A DNA stretch of 64,000 nt from Candidatus Eiseniibacteriota bacterium. Its GTDB lineage: Bacteria > Eisenbacteria > RBG-16-71-46 > CAZAMP01. Positions 9,216 to 16,976 of this stretch are shown piece after piece. The first letter of the stretch is position 1. The number at the start of each line of letters is the position of its first letter. The notes below the pieces were generated by a model. The model saw only the letters and a list, made by a program, of their open reading frames with translations. It was not told the DNA's origin and did not search any database. The stretch spans positions 3,648,001 through 3,712,000 of the forward strand of contig OZ245046.1 of NCBI GenBank assembly GCA_965224245.1, given 5' to 3'. The translations under genes and the position numbers were made by a program.

Positions 9216-9230
9216 CGCGCCCGGATCGGT

Positions 9231-10430
9231 TCAGTCCGCGAGCGCGTCTCGCATGCGATCCAGCGCGTCGTCGACGTGCGCGCGCTCCAGCACCAACGGG
9301 GGCGTGATCCGGACGACGTCGTCGCAGTGGAGCGTCCATCCGAGCAGGAGCCCGCGCTCGAGCGATCGTTCGACGAAGCGCCGCGTTCGCGCGGCGTCGT
9401 CGAACTCGAGCGCCAGCAAGAGCCCGATGCCGCGCGCGGCGCGTACACCACCGCTCCCCACGAGGCCCTCGAGCCCGGTCAGGAACACGCGCCCGGTCAC
9501 GGCGGCGCGCTCGGACAGATTCTCCTCGCGCAAGAGGCGAAGCCCGGCCAGGCCCGCGGCGCAGGAGACCGGATGTCCCCCGAACGTCGTCACGTGACTG
9601 AGCGGCGGATCGTGCGAGATCGTCCGCATGACCTCACGCGCGCCGGCGATGCCGCCGAGGGGAAGTCCGCCGCCCATCGCCTTGGCCAGGCACACGAGAT
9701 CGGGAACGACGCTCCAGTGCTGCATGGCGAAGTCGCGGCCGGTGCGCCCGAAGCCCGTGATCACCTCGTCGAACACGAGGAGCGCGCCCATCGCGTCGCA
9801 CCGGGCCCGCAGCGCCGGCAGGAACCCCGCCGCCGGGACGCGGATCCCGCCCTCGCCCTGCACCGGCTCGACGATCACGGCCGCGCAGTCGGTCGTGATC
9901 GCATCCAGCGCATCGACGGCGTCGAACGGAAGGAACGTCACGTCCTCCAGAAGCGGAGCGAATGGGCGCCGATAGCGCTCGCTTCCCTGGATCGAGAGCG
10001 CCCCCATCGTGTCCCCGTGATAGCTCCGCTCGAACGCGACCAGCGCCCGTCGCCCGGTGTGCTTGCGCGCGATCTTGATCGCTCCCTCGATCGCCTCGGT
10101 GCCGGTGCAGCACGGGAACACCTGCTCGATCGGCTCGGGCAGGAGATCGACCAGGGCGGCCGCGAACGCGGTCTGGGCCTCCTGCTCGTACTCGCCGTAG
10201 ACCATCACGTGCGTGTGGCGCGCGAGCTGGCGAGCAACCGCCTCGGCGATCTCGGGACGTCCGTGCCCGAGGTTGGCCACCCCGATCCCGGCCGTCAGAT
10301 CCAGGTAGCGGCGGCGATCGCGCGTGTGCACGTACACGCCCTCGGCGGACGCGATCGACAGACCAATCGGCTCGGGCGACGTCGGAGCCAGCACCGCGCG
10401 CATCCGTTCCAGTCGAGAGGCGTCGGTCAT
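9231..10430 (-). CDS. Class III PLP-dependent aminotransferase (ArgD/ornithine aminotransferase-like)
   Basis: YLDLTAGIGV, TGTEAIEGA, SYHG, EPVQGEGG, FDEVITGFGRTG, AKAMGGG, TTFGGHP; SD GGAAGGA. Confidence 0.92.
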   Translation of the reverse strand: MTDASRLERMRAVLAPTSPEPIGLSIASAEGVYVHTRDRRRYLDLTAGIGVANLGHGRPEIAEAVARQLARHTHVMVYGEYEQEAQTAFAAALVDLLPEPIEQVFPCCTGTEAIEGAIKIARKHTGRRALVAFERSYHGDTMGALSIQGSERYRRPFAPLLEDVTFLPFDAVDALDAITTDCAAVIVEPVQGEGGIRVPAAGFLPALRARCDAMGALLVFDEVITGFGRTGRDFAMQHWSVVPDLVCLAKAMGGGLPLGGIAGAREVMRTISHDPPLSHVTTFGGHPVSCAAGLAGLRLLREENLSERAAVTGRVFLTGLEGLVGSGGVRAARGIGLLLALEFDDAARTRRFVERSLERGLLLGWTLHCDDVVRITPPLVLERAHVDDALDRMRDALAD

Positions 10431-10547
10431 GAGTCCTTCCAGGATCTGGGGGGACGGCCACCGGCGTCGCCGGGTCCCGACGATGCGCGGCGAGCGTACC
10501 ATGCGCCTCACCGGCGGTCGTCGTCCGGCCGGTGGCGTGGGCACGCG

Positions 10548-11927
10548 TCAATCGGTCGGAGGACCGTCGATCCGGGCTCCGATTCGCGTGACGACCTCGC
10601 GCCAGCGGCCGTCGGTCTCGTGCTCCACCTGAACGCCCACCGCGCTCGCACGGACCTCCTCGCCGAACCAGCCGGGGCCGGGCTCCTGCATGCGCCCGAT
10701 CGCGCAGAGGCGGGTCGCACCCAGGCACTCGAGTCCGTGCACGAGCGAGAGACACGCGCCGGGATCATCGCCCACGCCGAGCGATTGCAGCCGCCCCGAC
10801 CAGGCCTCCAGCGACTCCCAGAGCGCGGTCGGCGAGTCCACCTGCCGCACGACCACCGCGCGGCCGAGAGGTGACGGGATCAACGGTCCGCGTTCGACCA
10901 GCACCGCGCCGCCGCCGTCCACCGGCCACACGGCGCGCTCGCCCGTCCCCAGCGCCGCGGTCTCCGCCCGCGAGATCCGATGCCGGATCGCGGCCCGGGT
11001 CGCCAGTGGCGTCACGCCGCGGGGCAGCTCGGTGGCCAGCCGTCCGAGCCGGTCGGCCAGCCGCTCGGCGAACGCGCGGGCGTCGAGCGCTCGGTCCACG
11101 AAGACGACGTGCGGCGATAGGCACCCTTCCTGGTCCCAGATCGCCACGTCGACCGCGAGCCGCCAGGCGCTCTCGTCGAGGTCGAAGCCGTCGCGGGGCA
11201 GGTACGCCGCCGAGACCCGGTGTCCCATCGGCGAGATGCGAACCCCGGTGTGCGCCCACCGGTCGACGAGCGCACGGACGGTGGCGTCCGTGCCCGAGAC
11301 CAGCGCGTAGCTCGCCCAGGTGAACACGGGCCGCTCGAGGTCGGGATCACCGCCGGGCCAGCTCGCCAGCAGCATCGGGCGCGTGCCGTCCGCGACACCG
11401 AGCGCGCGCGTGATCGCGATCGCCAGCATCGTGGCCGTGACCGGCTCGCGCGACGGGAGCTTCACGAAGACCGGGTCGCCCGCCACGAGCGACAGGACGA
11501 GATCCAGCGCGGCCAGACCCGGAACGTTGCCGGCGGCCATGACGGCGGCCGGCCGCGGGTGATCACCGACGAAGCGCGGATGCGCGCTCGAGATCGCCTG
11601 TGCGATCGCCGGCGGCGACCAGCGCGCCGCCTGGCAGCGGATGCCCTCGGCCACGACCCCCGGACTGAACCCGGTCCACTCGGGCAGGAGCCGTCGCGCG
11701 AGAGTCTGCGACACGCCGTCCGGATCCGACCACTCGGTCAAGGCGTCCGAGAGCCGCTCCAGACGACCGTGCGGTGTGCCCGGGATCGCGGTCAGGCGGG
11801 ACAGGCCGCGGGCGAGCTCCGCGGGGCTCCGCCCACGGAGGGACCGGAGCTCCAGCCCGGCGCATCCCGAGAGCTCGGGGACCTCGGCCAGAGCGGCCCA
11901 GAGCGCCTCACCCGGGTCGTCGCTCAC
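10548..11927 (-). CDS. luxC: LuxC-family acyl-CoA / acyl-protein reductase
   Basis: AGNVPGLA, VKLPSRE, SGTDATV, catalytic-Cys motif DQEGCLSPH, GRMQEP; GTG overlaps the upstream TGA (GTGA). Confidence 0.85.
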   Translation of the reverse strand: MSDDPGEALWAALAEVPELSGCAGLELRSLRGRSPAELARGLSRLTAIPGTPHGRLERLSDALTEWSDPDGVSQTLARRLLPEWTGFSPGVVAEGIRCQAARWSPPAIAQAISSAHPRFVGDHPRPAAVMAAGNVPGLAALDLVLSLVAGDPVFVKLPSREPVTATMLAIAITRALGVADGTRPMLLASWPGGDPDLERPVFTWASYALVSGTDATVRALVDRWAHTGVRISPMGHRVSAAYLPRDGFDLDESAWRLAVDVAIWDQEGCLSPHVVFVDRALDARAFAERLADRLGRLATELPRGVTPLATRAAIRHRISRAETAALGTGERAVWPVDGGGAVLVERGPLIPSPLGRAVVVRQVDSPTALWESLEAWSGRLQSLGVGDDPGACLSLVHGLECLGATRLCAIGRMQEPGPGWFGEEVRASAVGVQVEHETDGRWREVVTRIGARIDGPPTD

Positions 11928-12622
11928 GGCGCGGGGAACAGCGCCAGGATCGTCTCCCGATCGCCGCGCGAGAGCGTGATCCACGTGTTGTCGAGGTTGT
12001 GTCCGTACATGACGTCGTTGGGATTGGGGCTGTGACCCGGAGGACCCACCTCGTCCGATCCGGGCGCACTCTGGGAGATCCCGAGGGCGTGCCCGAACTC
12101 GTGGATCGAGAGCGCGAGGAGCTCGCGCCGCGTGAGGGCGCGGTCCACCGACAACGAGCCGAGCGAGATCTCCACCTCGACGTGCGTGTCGTGGTACGTC
12201 GTTCGCCCGAGCCAGTTGAGGCCACGGGCGACGAACCGGACGTCGACGCGACGCTCGGGCTCGGGCTCGCTCGTGGAGGACCAGATGACCGGCAGGCGCA
12301 CGGGGCGCCCGTCCGACTCCAGCGGGTCCAGCCACGTCTCGACCGCGGCCACGACGACCTCGCGCACCGCATCCGCGTCGACGTCGGAGGGAAACGCATC
12401 GTCCCGAACGAAGATCGGGACGACCACGGTGGGATCGTCCGGACCTCGCGTCTCGGTCCAGAACGACGGGACCCGAAACGCCACCTCGGTGTAGGCCGGC
12501 GTGTCGGTGTCTCGCGAGGGCACCTCGACGATGGACCCGCAGGAGACGGTCGTGGCGGCGAGGACGACGACCGACGCGGCACGGATGCGGGCGGTGCGAG
12601 ATCTCGTGGCGGGCGTCGGCAT
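11924..12622 (-). CDS. Matrixin (M10)-family zinc metalloprotease, putative lipoprotein
   Basis: Signal ending TVSC; HEFGHALG; HS..DVMY Met-turn; LSRGD; ATG overlaps the upstream TGA. Confidence 0.82.
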   Translation of the reverse strand: MPTPATRSRTARIRAASVVVLAATTVSCGSIVEVPSRDTDTPAYTEVAFRVPSFWTETRGPDDPTVVVPIFVRDDAFPSDVDADAVREVVVAAVETWLDPLESDGRPVRLPVIWSSTSEPEPERRVDVRFVARGLNWLGRTTYHDTHVEVEISLGSLSVDRALTRRELLALSIHEFGHALGISQSAPGSDEVGPPGHSPNPNDVMYGHNLDNTWITLSRGDRETILALFPAP

Positions 12623-13236
12623 CAGTCGGCTCCTCTTCGGAGCTCGATGCCGACCTGGAACGCGTGCATCACGAACGTCTCGTCGGAGACAATCTCGTCG
12701 TCGAGGGCCTCCAGCGTCGACAGGAGCGACCCCGGGAGCATCAGGCGCGCGCGGTACCCGACGCGAAACCCCAGTGCACCACGAACACCGAACGTCTGTC
12801 CGAGACCGACGTCCAGATGCAGTCGATCCACGGTCGAGGAGCCCTGCCCGTTCAGACGCTCGAACAGCGGCTCGGTCTCGTCGACCGGGATCGTGTAGCC
12901 CATTCCGGCGTGGAGCCGCCATTCGCGCCGGCTACTCACCGACAGGTCCCTGTGCCACGCGGCGCCGACGACGACGAAGTCGGGTCGAGCCTGCACCTCG
13001 ATCCCCACGCGGGTTCGCCGTCCCGCGGACAGGAGGACGCCGACGTCGATCGTCTCGGCGAAGACGGCGGCGTCACCGACGTGTTGCTCGAGCTGGGGCC
13101 AGATCGAGACACCCACGTCGAGCGCCGGGTCGGCGTCCCAGCCGGCTCGTGCCGCCGGTGCGGCCACGAGACCCAGCGTCGCCGACAGACCGGTCACGAG
13201 CAGCGCCGTCGCGCACCTCGGACGACGCGAGGTCAC
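12622..13236 (-). CDS. Small outer-membrane beta-barrel-like protein
   Basis: Signal peptide ending ARA; amphipathic strands; C-terminal HAFQVGIEL; GTGA overlap with the luxE stop. Confidence 0.6.
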   Translation of the reverse strand: MTSRRPRCATALLVTGLSATLGLVAAPAARAGWDADPALDVGVSIWPQLEQHVGDAAVFAETIDVGVLLSAGRRTRVGIEVQARPDFVVVGAAWHRDLSVSSRREWRLHAGMGYTIPVDETEPLFERLNGQGSSTVDRLHLDVGLGQTFGVRGALGFRVGYRARLMLPGSLLSTLEALDDEIVSDETFVMHAFQVGIELRRGAD

Positions 13237-14330
13237 TGGAGCCACTCGTCCATCGAGATCGAGCATCCCCTGGCCGCGGCGCCCGGACGGCGCCCGGTGA
13301 GCCGGAACGCGTCGCCTCGGCGCTCTCCGACGTCGTCGGTCAGAACCGCCATCACGGAGTGGCAGTTGGCGAGGTCGTAGTGGCAGACGATGCCGGCGTC
13401 GGCATCCGCGAGCGTCTCGGGGTCGACGACGCGCGAGCGCATCCAGTGCGGGCCGTGCTTCACCCGACGTCGCACCGGGGTCGTGAGCGCATCGGAGGAC
13501 CAGTCGTGACGGGCGAGCGCGCGGAGGTCGTCGTTGTACATCTGGGAGAAGAGCTCCGTCATGCCGTACTCGTTGACGCAGGCGCCCGGATGCAGTCCGA
13601 ACACGTCCCGGTAGCGCGAGACGAGGCGCTCCTCGTCGAACTCGCGTCCGAGCCCCTTGGTTCCGCCGGTGTCCATCAGACGGCTCCGTGGCGGCAGCAT
13701 GCACCGGATGCCGGCCTCGGAGGCCGCCTCGAGCACCGGAATGAACGCCAGAGTCGTCCCCATCAGGAGAACCGGCTCGCCCTCGGAGCTGGCCCGTGCG
13801 AGCGCAGCGAAGAACGCGCCGAGCAGCGCGCGGCGGTCGCGCACGTACGTTCCGCTGCCGGGGCCACCGAACCTGGCCAGCACCACGTCGGTCATGTAGC
13901 TGAGCGAGGAGTCGGGCTGCTCGTCCAGCGTGGGTATCAGCGAGAGAATCCGAAGTCGCTCCCGATCGGGCAGCAAGAAGTGGCGAAAGGTCTCGGTGAC
14001 CGACAGCTCGTAGAGCGACGCATCGACGACGCCGTGAATGCCCCGCTCGCTTCCGCCCCGGGTCGTGCCGCTCGTCCGGAACAGGATCGCCGGGCTCGCG
14101 CAGGTGAGCGCCAGCTGAGCGAAGGCGTCGGCGGGAACCGGAGGAATGCGCATCCAGTCGGTCACGGTCTCGGGAGCGATGCCCCGTCCCTCACAGAGCG
14201 ATCGATACGCGGGATTGGTCTCGTGCTGGTAGCGGAAGACCTCCAGGGCCAGCACGTCGAAGTCGTCGGCGGCCGGGTCCCGGATGAACGCACGTACCCG
14301 CTCCCCGATTCGGCCGGCTCGCTCGTCCAT
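13233..14330 (-). CDS. luxE: LuxE-family acyl-protein synthetase (long-chain fatty acid ligase)
   Basis: FRYQ...NPAYR, FRTSGTT, SSLSYM, TGGTKG, NEYGMTELFSQ, DLAN, C-terminal RGCS; SD GGAGG. Confidence 0.88.
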   Translation of the reverse strand: MDERAGRIGERVRAFIRDPAADDFDVLALEVFRYQHETNPAYRSLCEGRGIAPETVTDWMRIPPVPADAFAQLALTCASPAILFRTSGTTRGGSERGIHGVVDASLYELSVTETFRHFLLPDRERLRILSLIPTLDEQPDSSLSYMTDVVLARFGGPGSGTYVRDRRALLGAFFAALARASSEGEPVLLMGTTLAFIPVLEAASEAGIRCMLPPRSRLMDTGGTKGLGREFDEERLVSRYRDVFGLHPGACVNEYGMTELFSQMYNDDLRALARHDWSSDALTTPVRRRVKHGPHWMRSRVVDPETLADADAGIVCHYDLANCHSVMAVLTDDVGERRGDAFRLTGRRPGAAARGCSISMDEWLQ

Positions 14331-14366
14331 GGATCCTCCGCGACACGTTTCACCGCCATTCATCGC

Positions 14367-14395
14367 ATTCTACGAGCCGCCCGACGTTTGCTCAA
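14367..14395 (-). promoter_or_regulatory. Sigma70 promoter of the luxE operon
   Basis: TTGAGC-N17-TAGAAT. Confidence 0.7.
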
Positions 14396-14580
14396 GTCGC
14401 CGGGCGGTGGCCCGGCGGGCGGCGCGGATGCTGGCGCGCGGGCGGCATCGCACTCGGTTTGGCGATCGCCGGTCGAGTCGATATGCTCCCGCGAACGCGC
14501 ACCGGCTCGGGACGGATCGGTCGCGGGACGACACGCGGCGCGGCTCGCGCGATCGCGCATCTCGAACCTTCGGGGGAACC

Positions 14581-16683
14581 TTGGCCTCTTCACGGAGCCG
14601 GCTGGGCATCGCGCTCGCGCTCGCCGTCGTGATCGCGGGAGTGATGCTGCTCACCACCGGCGGCCGCTTCGCGTTCCCCCTGGACGACCCGTACATCTAC
14701 CTCCAGTACGCCGAGCAGAACGCGCAGGGGCAGCTCTTCCGCTACAACGACGGCGATCCCACGACGACCGGCGCGACCAGCGCGCTGTACGCGCTCGTCC
14801 TCACCCCGCTGGCGCTGGTGCTGTCCGGAACGGGCCTGGCGATCGGCGGCTACGTGCTGGCGACCGTTCTTCTCGCGCTGTCGCTGGATGCGCTCCACGC
14901 GCTCGCGACGCGATGGCTCGGTCCCGGGTCGGCGAGGATCGCGCTGGCGTTGACCCTGCTCTCGGGACCCTTCATCTGGGGAACGTTCAGTGGCATGGAG
15001 ACGCCGCTCGTCACGTTCCTGGCGCTCCGCATGTTTCTCGCGTTCGATCGGCTGCGTGACGATCCACCGGCCACGCGCGCGTTCACGGTGTTCGCATCGC
15101 TGTTCGCGTGCGCGCGTCCCGAGTGCGGGCCTCTGACCTGGCTCGTCCTCGGCGCTCACGTGCTCGCGGCTCGGGGCCCCGGCGTGCTGGGCATGGGCCG
15201 CCTGGCGATCGTGGCCGGCGCGTCGTGCCTTCCGTTTGTTCTGAACCTGATCCTGACCGGGACCCCGAGCTCGACCACGCTGGCCAGCAAGGGCGCGCTC
15301 TTCCTTCCCGGCACCACCCTCGTGACGTGGCTCATGACGACGGCCCAGTTCGCGTCGCACGCGATCAAGGGCCTGTTCGGATCGGGAGCCGTCGGCGGGA
15401 CCGGCTGGCCGAGCGCCTACACGACGCTGGTCACGTTCGCGGCACCGCTCACGCTCCTCTTCGCCGTGCTGGGTGCGGGGCCCGCGGTCGCGCGCGAGTG
15501 GCGAGAGCGGCAGCCCGGGCTCGCGAGCGGCGGCACGATCGTCCTCTGCGGAGTGCTCGCGTCGTGGGCGGCGCTCGTGCCGATCACGCTGCACTGGAGT
15601 CGGTACCTCCTGCCGTACCTCCCGCTCCTGAGCCTGTTCACGGTGGCCGGCATCGAATCGGTCGCCCGCGGGCTCGCCGCGAGAGACCCCGGCCCGACGG
15701 ACGTCATCCCTGCGCTCCCCCCTCGGCCGGACGCGGGCGACGTTCGCCGCGGGCTGGTCGTGTTCTTCGTCCTCGCGTCGCTGCCCACGACCGCGTTCTT
15801 CGTCGCGGCCTACGCGTGGAACGCCCGCGAGATCGATCGACAGCACGTCGCCATGGCCCGGTGGATCGACGCGCGCACGCCCCCCGGGACCCACGTGGCA
15901 ACCAACGACGTCGGGGCGATTCGCTACTACGGGCACCGTCCCGTACTGGACCTCCACGGGCTCACGTCGCGGGATCTGGCCGCGTGCAAACAGGTCGGCT
16001 CGGGCGCGGTCTACGAGTTCCTGGAGGCGCTGGATCCCGGCCAGCGTCCCGATCTCCTCGTGGTGATCCCCGGATGGTTCGGCTCGGACTTCCTCTCGAT
16101 GCACGCGCCGGTGCGCTCGCAGACGTTGCGCAAGGCGATGATCGCCGGCAGCCCGCTGGTCGCCTACCGGACCGACTGGCGGCTGGCCGGCTCGGGCAAC
16201 GTGCCGAGCCCGGCCACCGGTGCCGAGCTGAACGCCCGCGGCACCGGGCGCCTCATGGATCGTCTGGACGTCGCGGACCTCGCGAGCGAGCACGAGCACG
16301 GATACGCACTCCACCTCGAGCCCGGAGAGAGCGCATCACCGGTGAAGACCCTGACCGGGCCCGATGGCGCCGGCCGGTCGACCGACGGCGGGAGGCTCGT
16401 CACCGGAAGCGAGTCGTTCTCGCTGCGCGCGGTCCCCAACGCACCGGCCGTGCTCGTGCTCAGAGCCTACGGTCACGTTCGGGCGAGCGTGCAGGCGGGC
16501 GCCGCCGAGCCGGTTGCGCTCGACGTGCGCGCATCGGATCCCGACCGGACCTGGACGGAGACGTTCGTCCCCATCCCCGCATCGGCGATCCCGACCGACG
16601 CCCTTTCGGTCACGATCCACGCCGTCGACGGCGCGCTCGTCGAGGGCGGATACCTGAGCTTTCACTACTGGCTCTACCAGTAG
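14581..16683 (+). CDS. Polytopic GT-C-type glycosyltransferase-like membrane protein (start uncertain)
   Basis: LDDPYIYLQYA, GATS, SGMETPL, ARPE, DVGAIRYY...LDLHGLT; many TM helices. Confidence 0.75.
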   Translation: MASSRSRLGIALALAVVIAGVMLLTTGGRFAFPLDDPYIYLQYAEQNAQGQLFRYNDGDPTTTGATSALYALVLTPLALVLSGTGLAIGGYVLATVLLALSLDALHALATRWLGPGSARIALALTLLSGPFIWGTFSGMETPLVTFLALRMFLAFDRLRDDPPATRAFTVFASLFACARPECGPLTWLVLGAHVLAARGPGVLGMGRLAIVAGASCLPFVLNLILTGTPSSTTLASKGALFLPGTTLVTWLMTTAQFASHAIKGLFGSGAVGGTGWPSAYTTLVTFAAPLTLLFAVLGAGPAVAREWRERQPGLASGGTIVLCGVLASWAALVPITLHWSRYLLPYLPLLSLFTVAGIESVARGLAARDPGPTDVIPALPPRPDAGDVRRGLVVFFVLASLPTTAFFVAAYAWNAREIDRQHVAMARWIDARTPPGTHVATNDVGAIRYYGHRPVLDLHGLTSRDLAACKQVGSGAVYEFLEALDPGQRPDLLVVIPGWFGSDFLSMHAPVRSQTLRKAMIAGSPLVAYRTDWRLAGSGNVPSPATGAELNARGTGRLMDRLDVADLASEHEHGYALHLEPGESASPVKTLTGPDGAGRSTDGGRLVTGSESFSLRAVPNAPAVLVLRAYGHVRASVQAGAAEPVALDVRASDPDRTWTETFVPIPASAIPTDALSVTIHAVDGALVEGGYLSFHYWLYQ

Positions 16684-16976
16684 TCCACGAGCACCGGTCA
16701 CGGACACATCGCACGTCGTGCGAAAGCACGTTCGTCCTCGGCGCCCTCCGAGATCGGATCGGCCCGGGACGGTCACGCGCGTGGGCGGAACGCCCCACCC
16801 GGTCCGGCCTCGCACGCCCGCGTGGTATTCTGTGCACGCTCGTTGCCACTCCGGTGAATCCGGGGGATGCCCTCGGGGCGATGCGGCTGCCGCCACACGA
16901 CGTCGCCCACGGGGCAAGGCATCATCGCGTTGCATGCTCGACGGCAACCACGGCCGCATGGAAGGGGTACCCCCGC

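Noticed and set aside
10548-14330. Bioluminescence operon
   Set aside because: No luxA, luxB, luxD or luxG in the window
12501-15059. Long alternative ORFs (also 20422-23118, 33694-36645, 36231-38885, 52174-55185, 62011-63984)
   Set aside because: Antisense or off-frame shadows of motif-bearing genes, expected at this GC content
16849-16923. Cobalamin riboswitch, from CCGGTGAATCCGG...GCCAC
   Set aside because: No upstream GGGAA, no GCAACTGT, no B12 box; downstream gene is unrelated
15108-16976. N-terminal 623 aa of the 1612-aa ORF
   Set aside because: Arg/Pro-rich shadow frame over the GT-C gene; the real start is ATG 16977 with a signal peptide
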